This document shows, piece by piece, positions 1 to 9,355 of a stretch of 64,000 nucleotides of DNA. Under the pieces are notes generated by a model. It was not told where the DNA came from, made no database searches, and saw nothing but the letters and a program-made list of their open reading frames with translations. The first letter of the stretch is position 1; each line of letters starts with the position of its first letter. The stretch lies in the IMG/VR virus record IMGVR_UViG_3300006805_000023, one strand, 5' to 3'. The DNA comes from a virus. Taxonomy: Duplodnaviria > Caudoviricetes. Both the position numbers and the translations under genes were made by a program.

Positions 1-1641
1 GGTCATGTCCTTGTTGTACTTCGTCGCGAGCTTCCGAGCGGCCTGTTCGTACAGGTCACCACCTTCACCGCGTTTGCCACGGTTACTTTCCTTGAGAGTC
101 TTGTGTTCCTGGATCAGCGTTTCCGTGGCGGCGTTGAGGCGCTTGGTGCGGTTTTCGTTGATCTGCAGACGGCGCTGGAGCTTGGCGATGCCACGCTTGG
201 CCTCGGGGAGGGTCGCAGGCTCGGGGATTTCTTCGAACGGCTCCTCACCGCCAGCTGCGTCATAATCGACGGGATCGGTGGCGACGCCGTCGGCGTTGGC
301 TTCGAGTTCGTCGGCGAGTGCCAGAGCGGCTTCAGCGTCCACGCCACCTTCAGCGGAGGTGCGGAGCATGTCGGCGGCCTTGATCAGGAGGTCCGCAGTG
401 GCGGAGCCTTCTTCGTTGCCTTCGTCTTCACCGCCAGGGGCAGGAGGAGCAGGAGGAGCGCCAGCGCCGGGGGCGGGAGGAGCAGGAGGGGCCGGAGGGG
501 CGTCTTCTTCGTTCTCGTCGAGGCGGGTCGCGAAAGCGGTGAGGCGAGCGTTGGCGTCTTCGATGATGAGTTTGACATCCGGGTCTTCACGCATCAGGGC
601 AGCAGCCTTGACGCGCATGGTGTCGATGGACTCAAGAAGCGCAGCCTTGTCGGAGGTCCTGAGTTTGGTGAAGTCCGTCTGGGCAAGACGGATGGCGTTG
701 GTTTTAAGCTCGCGGGCTTCGATGAGTTTGCTCATTTCGGTGGTATTTTGCGTTGGTGTTGGGGCGGAGATTGGGGCGGGAACTGGTGCAGGAGGCGTCG
801 GAGCGGTCTCGACGATCTTCTCTTTCGGTTTGAGAGCTGCGGCAGCTTCAGTGATGCATCCCAGAGCGCTGGAGACTGAATCGAAGGTGCCGAAGTTGAG
901 GGCGTCGTTGCCAGCGAACTTGAGCTTCCCGTCCTGACCTTCGATCAGAGAGAGTTTGCCGAACGCGCTGGAGACGACCGATACCAGAGTGCGGTTGATC
1001 GCGGATTCCTGGATGTCTTCTTCTGGACTTGGAAGGGTTGGAGCACGACCGGCGGCAACTTCCTGAATGTTCCTTGGGATGGCGCGCTGCACGGATGGCG
1101 TGAAGACCACGTCCCACGTTTCGAGCATGAAGTCCTCGTTGACGTCCAGGAAACCTTCGGCCTGAGTGGTGGTGCCTGAGCCACGGCTGGAGACACCCCA
1201 GCGGACACGGGCTTCGATGAGGGACCGCAAGAGGTTACCCTGCGGCGTCGGCAGGACCTCAAGGGTGCCAAGGATGTCGCCTTCGCGCAGTTCACCCTTC
1301 GATTCGGCAATTTCAGACTCGGTGGCAAGCCAGACCTTGGTTACGACGTGGGAGGCCTCAGCCATCCTGGTCATACCGTCTTCTGGGTGCTCGATCATCC
1401 CAAGGACACCGCGCTCGGCGAGCATCTTGGAGAAGTCACTGCCGGGGGCAAGGTTCTTCTCCCAGAGCTTCTTGCCGTAGCGGCGACCGTTGAGGTTGGT
1501 CTCCACATGGTTTTGAAACACGCCAGTCGCCTGGAAAGTGGTGCGACCGGCTGCTTCGTGCAGCTGAATCGGGCCGTATTGACGGAAGCCGCTCTTTGAG
1601 AGGGACTCCTGTACTGTCTGCCATTCACTGAGTTTAATCAT
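1..1641 (-). CDS. Prohead core protease (T4 gp21-like) fused to a long acidic/Pro-rich scaffold-like C-terminal region; 3' end truncated by the window edge
   Basis: Manual translation from ATG 1641: MIKLSEWQTVQESL...NLNGRRY...VLGMIEHPED...GVSSRGSG...DVVFTPS. The HP and GVSSRG catalytic motifs match gp21-type proteases. The frame appears open to position 1, which explains its absence from the ORF track. Confidence 0.88.
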   Translation of the reverse strand, partial: MIKLSEWQTVQESLSKSGFRQYGPIQLHEAAGRTTFQATGVFQNHVETNLNGRRYGKKLWEKNLAPGSDFSKMLAERGVLGMIEHPEDGMTRMAEASHVVTKVWLATESEIAESKGELREGDILGTLEVLPTPQGNLLRSLIEARVRWGVSSRGSGTTTQAEGFLDVNEDFMLETWDVVFTPSVQRAIPRNIQEVAAGRAPTLPSPEEDIQESAINRTLVSVVSSAFGKLSLIEGQDGKLKFAGNDALNFGTFDSVSSALGCITEAAAALKPKEKIVETAPTPPAPVPAPISAPTPTQNTTEMSKLIEARELKTNAIRLAQTDFTKLRTSDKAALLESIDTMRVKAAALMREDPDVKLIIEDANARLTAFATRLDENEEDAPPAPPAPPAPGAGAPPAPPAPGGEDEGNEEGSATADLLIKAADMLRTSAEGGVDAEAALALADELEANADGVATDPVDYDAAGGEEPFEEIPEPATLPEAKRGIAKLQRRLQINENRTKRLNAATETLIQEHKTLKESNRGKRGEGGDLYEQAARKLATKYNKDMT

Positions 1642-1648
1642 TGCTCGG

Positions 1649-1655
1649 ATACCTA
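1649..1655 (-). promoter_or_regulatory. Putative late promoter box TAGGTAT
   Basis: 7 nt upstream of the protease ATG; matches the recurring TA[AG]NTAT motif. Confidence 0.6.
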
Positions 1656-1703
1656 TGACGCCCTGACCGGAGACTCGCTCTGAGTGCAACCTGATGCGCT
1701 CCG

Positions 1704-2117
1704 TTAAGCCTCGTCTGTACTGACCGGCAATGGGCGCATCGGAGACGGCGCAACGCGTCCGGCTAACACGGACTTAGGCATGACAACTGGAGGGGCGTCT
1801 GGGAAGCCCGGTTCCAACTTGACGTAGGCCTGGCTGAAGTTCCAGATGTGTTGAAGCGACTTCTCGGCACGCTCTTTAGTAACACCGAACCTAGCCAGCT
1901 TCTGCAGCACCTGAGGGTCGTCCCCCATGATCGAGACCGTCTGACCACCATTCCACATCACCCTGAACATGGGCGACATTGGACGGCGTGTCAGTAGCAC
2001 GTAACCAGGGTTTGGAACCTTCGGCACCCCGAACGGCACCTTGTAGTACTCCCGCTCTGGCAAGTCCAGAGTGTGACGCATCAGGGCGTCCTGCAGGAGA
2101 TAATTCTTGAATGGCAT
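1704..2117 (-). CDS. Hypothetical protein (137 aa)
   Basis: ORF track; co-oriented with the structural block. Confidence 0.7.
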   Translation of the reverse strand: MPFKNYLLQDALMRHTLDLPEREYYKVPFGVPKVPNPGYVLLTRRPMSPMFRVMWNGGQTVSIMGDDPQVLQKLARFGVTKERAEKSLQHIWNFSQAYVKLEPGFPDAPPVVMPKSVLAGRVAPSPMRPLPVSTDEA

Positions 2118-2126
2118 AGCCGTAGG

Positions 2127-2750
2127 CTAGTTGAACATTGACGCCAGCAAGTCCTCAAGAGCTTGCTTGGTCGAGGACTCCGTGACCTGGACTCCCCCAA
2201 ACAGCCACGTGCCAGCAGCTGCCTTGAAATCGTCCATCATAGCCCCGCTGTACACCGACAGCAGCGGAGTCAGGCTGAACGGCCTCTTGCCAGACACGAA
2301 GTCGGCGGTTGACGGGTGCTCAGCCAAGGGGACGCCGTGGGCGTAGCCGCCGGACTTCACGAGAGCGTTGGTAATGTGGATGGCGACCAGACGCGAGACG
2401 GCGTCGGAAAACTTCTGATAGACAACTCGGAGCGGAACACCAGAGTTGATGTGGTGCTCGATTTGTTCGATCGTGCGAGCCCGTGGAGTAACGAGCTTGT
2501 GCTGCCAAGTCAGACGGCTGCGCGGAGTCATCCGGTCCCAATAGGCCTCAAGGAATGACTGCGTGACCAAATAATGGGAGTCCTCGCCCTTGTCGAGGCA
2601 CTCCTGAGCGATGTACACGACGTTCTCGACCTTGTCGTAGTAGCTGAACCTGCCGTTGATTCCGGGCGAGATCTTGTGCGGCGATGAGAACAGGTCGCTG
2701 GCTTTGATGTGGGAACGCAGCATCCCCATATAAGTGTTGAGGTCAGACAT
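2127..2750 (-). CDS. Hypothetical protein (about 207 aa)
   Basis: Start moved to ATG 2750 (MSDLNTY), which overlaps the stop of the upstream gene. Confidence 0.7.
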   Translation of the reverse strand: MSDLNTYMGMLRSHIKASDLFSSPHKISPGINGRFSYYDKVENVVYIAQECLDKGEDSHYLVTQSFLEAYWDRMTPRSRLTWQHKLVTPRARTIEQIEHHINSGVPLRVVYQKFSDAVSRLVAIHITNALVKSGGYAHGVPLAEHPSTADFVSGKRPFSLTPLLSVYSGAMMDDFKAAAGTWLFGGVQVTESSTKQALEDLLASMFN

Positions 2751-3570
2751 AACGGGGAGGAGTTGGAGGGGACGGTGGCCTTGGTCCGGTCGAGGTGCTG
2801 GGTTGAGTTCCAGGCGGTGCTGGCTTGCCGTCTGGCTGGTCGGACCCGATCTCCTTGGTCGGGACATCTTCGGTCCCCTGATCTGGATGATCGGGGTCAA
2901 TGACCGTGGTCCTAGTGGCGTCAGACTTCACGACCTGTCGCCTTCTAGTGTTGCCGTTCTGGACTGTGATGACCGGCTCCCCCGGCTTCGGCGGTGGGTT
3001 GGTTTCGAACAGGGCCGACATCAGCCTTGGCCCAGCCTGAACGGAGTCCCTCAAGCCCAGCTTCGACGCGAGGCCCTGAACCTCACTAGGAGGCTGCTCT
3101 TCTTCCTTGCCTTTGCTTGGGGCTGCATCTTTCGAGGGGCTGGCTGTGTCTTCATTGTCGTCGCCTTCTGGTGGAGCATCTGGGACTTCTTCTGAGTCGG
3201 GAATTTGGACGCGCAGGCGCTGCAGACCCTCGAGGGTCTGTCGCATGTACTTGGAAAGCTCCGTGTCAGCGCTTCCCAGGATGTCCTGAATCTTGGCGAC
3301 CAGTCCTGGGATCTGCTGCGAGGGGTCAGTCTGGGGGTCCGGCTTGAACTGATGCATGGCACCCACCAGAGCTTCGATAAGCAGCTTCTCTTCGCTCTCT
3401 GCCGGGAGAGCACTGCTTGACAGGGCGCGTTCGTTCAGGAACTGGGTGGCGGTAAGCCACACGTCGCTGTACGACTTGTAAGCGTCATTTTCAAGCAGGA
3501 TGGCGTGCAGCCTGCTCGTGCCGCTGCTTGCCCCCTTCGTTTCACTCAACAGGCACCTAAGGAGTCTCAT
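2743..3570 (-). CDS. Probable virion/head-associated protein
   Basis: Begins MRLLRCLLSE; late box upstream; Pro-rich C-terminus. Confidence 0.6.
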   Translation of the reverse strand: MRLLRCLLSETKGASSGTSRLHAILLENDAYKSYSDVWLTATQFLNERALSSSALPAESEEKLLIEALVGAMHQFKPDPQTDPSQQIPGLVAKIQDILGSADTELSKYMRQTLEGLQRLRVQIPDSEEVPDAPPEGDDNEDTASPSKDAAPSKGKEEEQPPSEVQGLASKLGLRDSVQAGPRLMSALFETNPPPKPGEPVITVQNGNTRRRQVVKSDATRTTVIDPDHPDQGTEDVPTKEIGSDQPDGKPAPPGTQPSTSTGPRPPSPPTPPRYV

Positions 3571-3575
3571 TGGTG

Positions 3576-3582
3576 ATAACTA
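3576..3582 (-). promoter_or_regulatory. Putative late promoter box TAGTTAT
   Basis: 5 nt upstream of ATG 3570. Confidence 0.6.
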
Positions 3583-3587
3583 GGGGA

Positions 3588-4046
3588 TCACACTGGTGGG
3601 TGGCTTGGATAGTCGAACGGCGGGGTTTCGTCGTTGATCGTGCCGACCTTCGGATCGGTCGGATGTAGGAACACACTGAATGCAACGGAGGCCGCCCCGC
3701 GAACCATCAAAGAGGTGACGCCATCGTTACCGGCCACGCCTGCGGCCAGGAACTCGATGTCGGTGAACCAGTCGTCGAAGGAGACCGTGACGGACTGCTG
3801 CGGAACGACGGTGTTGATCTGGGAACTGCCGACCTTGACGCCGTCCTTCATGGAACGCAGAGTGAGTTCCACCGGCTTACGCCCGACGTTGGTCAGGTGA
3901 ATCTCTGCCTTGATGCGTGGCACAGGCGTTGCTAGGGTAACACCGTTGCGGGTCAGCCCCTGCAACACGCTGTTGCCGTCTTGGGTCAGTCGAAGGAACA
4001 CGCCTTCACCGGTCAAAGTCTGTAGCTGAGGAAGTGGGCTGGTCAT
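3588..4046 (-). CDS. Hypothetical beta-rich, probably structural protein
   Basis: ORF track; late box upstream. Confidence 0.65.
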   Translation of the reverse strand: MTSPLPQLQTLTGEGVFLRLTQDGNSVLQGLTRNGVTLATPVPRIKAEIHLTNVGRKPVELTLRSMKDGVKVGSSQINTVVPQQSVTVSFDDWFTDIEFLAAGVAGNDGVTSLMVRGAASVAFSVFLHPTDPKVGTINDETPPFDYPSHPPV

Positions 4047-4051
4047 CCCGA

Positions 4052-4058
4052 ATAGCTA
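4052..4058 (-). promoter_or_regulatory. Putative late promoter box TAGCTAT
   Basis: 5 nt upstream of ATG 4046. Confidence 0.6.
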
Positions 4059-4085
4059 CGACGAGGTTGGTTTTGCGGGGGGGAC

Positions 4086-4113
4086 TTGACAGGCGCTCCG
4101 GATGTGCTAAGTT
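4086..4113 (+). promoter_or_regulatory. Sigma70-type promoter
   Basis: TTGACA-16-TAAGTT with TGTG extended -10. Confidence 0.75.
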
Positions 4114-4148
4114 TCACCCGTCCGCTTAAACAGCACTCCCATCACACT

Positions 4149-4856
4149 ATGATCACTGCCATCTCAATCGCCCCGACCTCCACCCCAGCCCCGACCCTCC
4201 CACCGGCTGACCTCACCATTGAGCTCTACCGGGCCGAACTCTCCAGAGACTTGGCCCTCATCGCCGAGTTCAACGGCGAGAGCGACAGCAAGCTGCGTCG
4301 CGAAATCGCCTCCAGCAACAGCCGTCGCTCCCACCTCATCATGGCACGCACCGCGATCCGCAAGTGGACTGAGAACGAGGCCCCGGCGATCCTGAAAGGC
4401 GACGTTCACATCAAGATGATCGGCGGCAAGGAAGTCGTCGATCCCTACGTCAAGCTGTCCAAGGACCTCAACCTGGACTCCCGTTTCTTCCAGATTCCGT
4501 CGGCCATCAAGGCACCGAAGGTCAAGGGGGTGACGGAGGCGCAGACCGCTGCCAGCAACATCCAGGCACGCTTCCGCAAGCTGCGCGAGGTCTCTTGCAT
4601 GGACTGGCACTTCAAGCTGGAATGGATCACCGACATGACCCTGCGCATCCGCATCGCCAAGCTGATCTGGTGGGACATGGCGAATACTCTCAAGAACCAG
4701 AACTGCGTTCTTACGGAACTGGTGAACGCTCCTATCACAACCGCTCAGGTTATGGCCTACACGGAGGAGCAGGTCGCCTTCGAATTGTGGCGTCTGGGCT
4801 GGCCTGCAACTATGGCAGCCGACCGCGCCTTCCACGCCCAAAAACCACAGAAATGA
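4149..4856 (+). CDS. Hypothetical early protein
   Basis: Start moved to ATG 4149 (MITAISIAPT), downstream of the promoter. Confidence 0.75.
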   Translation: MITAISIAPTSTPAPTLPPADLTIELYRAELSRDLALIAEFNGESDSKLRREIASSNSRRSHLIMARTAIRKWTENEAPAILKGDVHIKMIGGKEVVDPYVKLSKDLNLDSRFFQIPSAIKAPKVKGVTEAQTAASNIQARFRKLREVSCMDWHFKLEWITDMTLRIRIAKLIWWDMANTLKNQNCVLTELVNAPITTAQVMAYTEEQVAFELWRLGWPATMAADRAFHAQKPQK

Positions 4857-5245
4857 GAGCACCTGAAGACTCCTACCCTCTTGAGCCCGTGCCGGACGCA
4901 GAGCTTGACGACATCATCGGGCGCTTCTATCTGAAGAGGGAGGAGTTTGCGGCAGCGTTCGAGCTGTCCAAGCTCGCTGTCGCCCTCGGAGTGAACGACC
5001 GTTGTCCGTGCGGCTCTGGTCGTAAGGTCAAGAAGTGTCACGGCGGGCTCCACGCCGAGAAGATCGAGACCCGGTTCCGCCGGTCAGAGGCAGCTCTGCG
5101 CACTTCTCCCTACGACTGGCTCAGCGCGGTTGACCCTCAGAACTACCCACCATCTTGGCAACTCAGTCACAGCGCTACGCGGGGGTTGCTTGCCATGTCA
5201 GCCATGGCTGCCTGGAGCATGGGAGGAGGCCGCGCCCGTTGGTAG
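4853..5245 (+). CDS. SEC-C motif zinc-binding protein
   Basis: GVNDRCPCGSGRKVKKCHG; ATGA overlap with the upstream gene. Confidence 0.75.
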   Translation: MRAPEDSYPLEPVPDAELDDIIGRFYLKREEFAAAFELSKLAVALGVNDRCPCGSGRKVKKCHGGLHAEKIETRFRRSEAALRTSPYDWLSAVDPQNYPPSWQLSHSATRGLLAMSAMAAWSMGGGRARW

Positions 5246-5683
5246 TCAGGCCGCCAGTTTGTGAGCTTGACTGCGTTCCCATCTTGGGTTGAACGGCATC
5301 CCCTCAGACTCAGCCCTGCGCTCCATGGCGTCATTGTTCAAGATCCGCTGCAGCATTTCTTGGCGGCAATGTTCCAGAAACACGCTCTTGACCTTTTCCG
5401 GGCTCCCCCTCAAACACCTCACCACTGCTTTGTTGCGCATCCAATGCCAGTCCACCAACACTCCCGGCAAACTGTGACGGGTGGCGATCACTGCCTGCTC
5501 AGTTCTCCCCTTGTCAATCGGACTGAGGCAAACGAACTCACCTTCGCGCATCACCTCTTGATTGCAATGCTGCAGGTCGTCGCCGATCGTCACTGACCAG
5601 CCGGTAGTCCGCAAAACCTCAGGGAGTTCTGCAGCAAATAGTTCTTCAACAGGGTCTTCGTGTGGGGTCGAGTATTCTGACAT
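5246..5683 (-). CDS. Hypothetical protein
   Basis: ORF track; abuts a convergent stop. Confidence 0.65.
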   Translation of the reverse strand: MSEYSTPHEDPVEELFAAELPEVLRTTGWSVTIGDDLQHCNQEVMREGEFVCLSPIDKGRTEQAVIATRHSLPGVLVDWHWMRNKAVVRCLRGSPEKVKSVFLEHCRQEMLQRILNNDAMERRAESEGMPFNPRWERSQAHKLAA

Positions 5684-5751
5684 GATAATAACTTACCCAG
5701 AAATCGGGGAGCCCCCTGATCAGTCGGTGAAACCGCCTTGTCATTCAGCAC

Positions 5752-5780
5752 TTGACAAGCGCTAAAGTCTGTGTTAGATT
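5752..5780 (+). promoter_or_regulatory. Sigma70-type promoter, leaderless geometry
   Basis: TTGACA-17-TAGATT-5nt-ATG 5786. Confidence 0.8.
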
Positions 5781-5785
5781 TCTGC

Positions 5786-6652
5786 ATGTTCAACAAATAC
5801 AAGACCTCCCGTCAGCTGGAAACCCTCGCCGGTCAGATCACCGGCTCCACCCTCAAGTATCAACCAGAGAGCTATGAACCCTCCTACAAGGCTTGGTCCG
5901 ACTTCTATTACACGTTCCCCGGCTGGAACACCACCGCCAGCTTCGTGAAGCGCTTCGAGAAGCTGGCGACCTTCTTCCCTCAACTGGAAGAACAACGCCC
6001 CGTGCTGGTTCAGGTGCTGGAGCTGGCAAAGCAGCTGGCCGAATTCGCGGCCTCCGAAAAGACTCGCCTCGCCGCCAAGCGCGCCAAGCTGGCTGAACCC
6101 AAGCCAGTGCTGGAGTCCGGCGTCAGGCTCGAACAGGCCGACCCCGAAGTCGTCAAGACCCTTCTGGAAGGACTCGCCTCCAACCGCGCTGCCTTCATCG
6201 AAAGCGCCCGCAACAACAAGGCCGAGCAGATCAAGGCCACCCTCGTCAAAGCTCTCGACGGCACCTTCGCCGCCAGCATCAGCGCTCACAGCAGCCTCCG
6301 CTCCCAGGTCTTTGCCGAATGGGGCCTTTACAATGACGACGCCACCTGCGAGAAGCTCGCCGCCAGACTCAGCAGCCAGAAGGTGGTGGACGGCTACCTC
6401 ACCAAGGCTCAGAAGGAAGCCGAATTCGAGTTCGATTCCTACGTGATCAAGCTGGCTGGTAAAGTGACCCGCGAGGGCGCGACCAAGGTCTTGAAGGCTA
6501 CCATGGTGGGCAACGTCTGGGCCGGAGTCCTCTCGGTCGAGACCGACACCAACCACCAGACCTGGAACACTCAGTGCATCCTCAACACTTCCCCTCTGGG
6601 CAAGTTGTTCCACCAGTGGCCCACCATTCTGAAAAGCCTGACGGCCAAGTAA
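5786..6652 (+). CDS. Hypothetical early protein
   Basis: Start MFNKYKTS at 5786; C-biased codon usage typical of this window. Confidence 0.8.
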   Translation: MFNKYKTSRQLETLAGQITGSTLKYQPESYEPSYKAWSDFYYTFPGWNTTASFVKRFEKLATFFPQLEEQRPVLVQVLELAKQLAEFAASEKTRLAAKRAKLAEPKPVLESGVRLEQADPEVVKTLLEGLASNRAAFIESARNNKAEQIKATLVKALDGTFAASISAHSSLRSQVFAEWGLYNDDATCEKLAARLSSQKVVDGYLTKAQKEAEFEFDSYVIKLAGKVTREGATKVLKATMVGNVWAGVLSVETDTNHQTWNTQCILNTSPLGKLFHQWPTILKSLTAK

Positions 6653-6656
6653 GTAT
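6650..6656 (+). promoter_or_regulatory. Putative late promoter box TAAGTAT
   Basis: 5 nt upstream of GTG 6662. Confidence 0.5.
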
Positions 6657-6661
6657 GCGGC

Positions 6662-7087
6662 GTGAAGAACATCGTCGCCGCCGGAATCTGTTATTACTGC
6701 CCCTCAACCGGAAAGGTCTTGTTGGGGCAGCGCGGTGCGGACAGTGATGGGGGCTCCGGCGAGTGGGCAGCCTTCGGCGGTAAGCTCGAAGACGGCGAGA
6801 CTCTGATACAATGCGCAGTCCGCGAGGTTCAGGAGGAGACCGGTTATAAGGAGTCCAAGCCGATGGCGCTCCGCCTCAACTACCGCTCGACCTGGACCCA
6901 CGGCGACGTCCGGGTGGTGTTTTACTGCTTCATGCAAGCAGTGCCTGCCGAGTTTAAGCTCCCACAGCTCGACCAGACAGAGCACTCCAAAGCGGGCTGG
7001 TTCCCGGCGGACAAAATGCCAGCTGGGCTGCTCAAGCCGTTCGCCAGCAACCTCGACGTGGGAGCCCTCAAGCGCCTGAAGGTCTAG
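6662..7087 (+). CDS. NUDIX hydrolase
   Basis: Nudix box GGKLEDGETLIQCAVREVQEETG. Confidence 0.92.
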   Translation: MKNIVAAGICYYCPSTGKVLLGQRGADSDGGSGEWAAFGGKLEDGETLIQCAVREVQEETGYKESKPMALRLNYRSTWTHGDVRVVFYCFMQAVPAEFKLPQLDQTEHSKAGWFPADKMPAGLLKPFASNLDVGALKRLKV

Positions 7088-7088
7088 C

Positions 7089-7117
7089 TTGCTGAGGCGG
7101 TCGGCCTCGATTACTTT
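7089..7117 (+). promoter_or_regulatory. Possible sigma70-type promoter, leaderless geometry
   Basis: TTGCTG-17-TACTTT-5nt-ATG 7123. Confidence 0.5.
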
Positions 7118-7122
7118 GTGGG

Positions 7123-8247
7123 ATGACCTCCCGTTATCAGGACCCCAAAATCGCCGAGATCTTCTCGGAAGACCGCAAGTATACCCTCTGGCTCCTCATC
7201 GAGGAGGCCTTGGTTAAAGCCCTCGCTCCGGAGGATGTCAGCAGACCGTTCTCGTCCTTCATCCAGGGGCTCCAGGGTGTTAATCTGACCAGCTTCATCA
7301 ACGCCTGCAAACACGAGGAGCAAGGTACCAACCACGACGTCGGGGCGTTCCTGAACGTGCTGGAAGCCAGGGCTGACGGCTGCGTTTCTACCTTCCTGCA
7401 TCGCGGCTTCACATCGTCCGATGTGGTTGACACTGCGACCAGTCTGCAGATTCATGCTGCCCTCAGGCATATCGAGTGGCTCAAACACGACTTCAAGGAG
7501 GCCATCACGAACTCTGGAGACGCCGCGTGCGTCGGCTATACCCACGGGATGCCAGCCGAGGCGATGTGCCTCAGTGCGCGCTGGCAGCGCTGTTTCAACG
7601 AGCTGCGCGACCTACCACGGATCAAGCCGCATCTGACTGGACCACTCGGAGACGCCAAGCATCTTGACATCGACACCAGGATCGAGCTGGCACGACTTCT
7701 CGGTTTCCATAACGATGGTGGAAAAGGCAGAGCGCCAGCCCAGCCCAACTACATGCAGTGCTCGGAGCGGTCGGACTTTGCCAGACTGGCGTCGTCCATC
7801 GCGATCAACGGGAGCGTGCTTGCCAAGATGGCGCTCGACATGCGCCTGTTAGTGTTCAAGGGCGAAATGGGACGGGAAAAGGGGCACCACGAAATGGGCT
7901 CATCCGCGATGCCTCACAAAACCAACCCAGCTGATCTCGAAAAGGTTTGTGGTCTGGCCCGTGTGTTACGCGGCAACGCCATGGTCGCCATGGAGAACAT
8001 TGAGCTCTGGTTGGAGCGCGACATCAGCCACAGCTCGACCGAGCGCATGTGGCTTCCCGACTCCTTCCACCTTTACTGCCACATGTTGACCATTATGACC
8101 AAGGCCGTCGTGAACTACAAGCCGACCCACGAAATGGGAGAGGCTCTAGTTGATAATGAGAAGGACCTGCACACCGCAGCCAACGTGGTTCTGCTGCAAA
8201 AGCAGGGGATGGGACGCCGTGCCGCTTGGCTCAAAGTCAAAGGTTAA
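7123..8247 (+). CDS. purB: Adenylosuccinate lyase family protein (short, 374 aa)
   Basis: TNHDV, FTSSDVVDTA, GYTHG, signature SSAMPHKTNP, WLERDISHSSTERMWLPD. Confidence 0.9.
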   Translation: MTSRYQDPKIAEIFSEDRKYTLWLLIEEALVKALAPEDVSRPFSSFIQGLQGVNLTSFINACKHEEQGTNHDVGAFLNVLEARADGCVSTFLHRGFTSSDVVDTATSLQIHAALRHIEWLKHDFKEAITNSGDAACVGYTHGMPAEAMCLSARWQRCFNELRDLPRIKPHLTGPLGDAKHLDIDTRIELARLLGFHNDGGKGRAPAQPNYMQCSERSDFARLASSIAINGSVLAKMALDMRLLVFKGEMGREKGHHEMGSSAMPHKTNPADLEKVCGLARVLRGNAMVAMENIELWLERDISHSSTERMWLPDSFHLYCHMLTIMTKAVVNYKPTHEMGEALVDNEKDLHTAANVVLLQKQGMGRRAAWLKVKG

Positions 8248-8732
8248 CCGACGTCTCCGGGAGGGCTCGTCGGCACTGGCTCCGGCGATCCAATGAAGTT
8301 CTCCCAAGAGGGAAATGGGAGGGAGCCAGCTGGAACGTTGGCAAGGAACCACGTCCAGCCCTCGTGCAGCCAAATCAACGTGGCCTCAACAGTTTGTTGC
8401 CCGTTGGTCTTGAACGGGGACTTGAACAGCTTCTCCAGGCTCCCTACCTCCAAACGCAGGACCGGGACCGTCTCATACCCGAACTTCTCCTCCAGAGCGA
8501 TCCGCCAGATGTTGGCGAAGTTGTCGTCCCCGTAGTACATGCAGCGTCCGGCCTCTTGCAGGGCCGGAAGTCCGGCTATCGCCAGATACTTGAAAAAGGC
8601 CAGGACCGTCGGGTAATGGAACCGTTTCCCGTACTGACCAAGCCACCCGGTGTTGTCATCCTGGACCGGCGAAGCCGTGTACAGCAGGGGCAGCGTGGTG
8701 TACGGGTTCGAGACTGGGTCAAACTGGTTCAC
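8244..8732 (-). CDS. Hypothetical protein
   Basis: ORF track; follows the tail tube gene. Confidence 0.65.
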   Translation of the reverse strand: MNQFDPVSNPYTTLPLLYTASPVQDDNTGWLGQYGKRFHYPTVLAFFKYLAIAGLPALQEAGRCMYYGDDNFANIWRIALEEKFGYETVPVLRLEVGSLEKLFKSPFKTNGQQTVEATLIWLHEGWTWFLANVPAGSLPFPSWENFIGSPEPVPTSPPGDVG

Positions 8733-8752
8733 TCAGTCGGGATTGGGAAGGC

Positions 8753-9316
8753 CTAGACGTCCAGGATCTTAGGATAGCAGATGTCGCAGGACAGCTCGAC
8801 GTTGATCATCGCCGGAGCGTCGGACTCGTGGTCGAACTCGTCCGGGGTGAGCTTCTTGATGAACAGGCCACGGCAGACCCACACGCGGTTGCGGTAGGCA
8901 CCAGAGTCAACGATGCCAGGGGCAGCAGCCGGGTCCATCCCAGGAGGGAGCAGCATCAGGCTGCCACGTCGCTTGTAGTCGCGAGCGCGACCGATTGCGC
9001 CGGTGGCTGGGTTGTACACCTGCCTGAACCAAGCAGCCAGGCGATCCAGCACGTCGGTGTCAAGGTAGTCGTAGAAGGAGATCGCCATGTTTTCAGCCGA
9101 CTCCATGGCACCCGCATATTTGACGGGAGTGTTGAAGGCCTTGATGGCTGGGTTGGTAACGCCGATCCCTGGAGGACGCACGTTCTTAACAGACAGAACC
9201 AGCAAATCACCTCCGGTGTCGGGGATGATGAGCGCGAAGTTGGATTTGCGTTGCGGTTCGAACGCTCCGTTCTGAGCCAACAGCGAGTTCCCAGCGAAAG
9301 GTGACATGAGTGCCAT
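8753..9316 (-). CDS. Tail tube protein (T4 gp19-like)
   Basis: True start MALMSPF at 9316; FEPQRKSNF, SFYDY...W..QVYNPATGAIG..RDYKR pattern of gp19-like tubes. Confidence 0.8.
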   Translation of the reverse strand: MALMSPFAGNSLLAQNGAFEPQRKSNFALIIPDTGGDLLVLSVKNVRPPGIGVTNPAIKAFNTPVKYAGAMESAENMAISFYDYLDTDVLDRLAAWFRQVYNPATGAIGRARDYKRRGSLMLLPPGMDPAAAPGIVDSGAYRNRVWVCRGLFIKKLTPDEFDHESDAPAMINVELSCDICYPKILDV

Positions 9317-9322
9317 ACGCTG

Positions 9323-9329
9323 ATAGTTA
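9323..9329 (-). promoter_or_regulatory. Putative late promoter box TAACTAT
   Basis: 6 nt upstream of the tail tube ATG. Confidence 0.6.
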
Positions 9330-9339
9330 CAGACGCTTC

Positions 9340-9346
9340 TAAATAT
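9340..9346 (+). promoter_or_regulatory. Putative late promoter box TAAATAT
   Basis: 9 nt upstream of ATG 9356; back-to-back with the tail tube box. Confidence 0.45.
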
Positions 9347-9355
9347 CTGCAGACT

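Noticed and set aside
103-1628. Plus-strand and short minus-strand ORFs over the protease gene, and similar long shadow ORFs elsewhere (e.g. 5774-6613, 48990-49937, 54632-55261, 59429-60325)
   Set aside because: Antisense or alternative-frame shadows of well-supported genes in GC-rich DNA.
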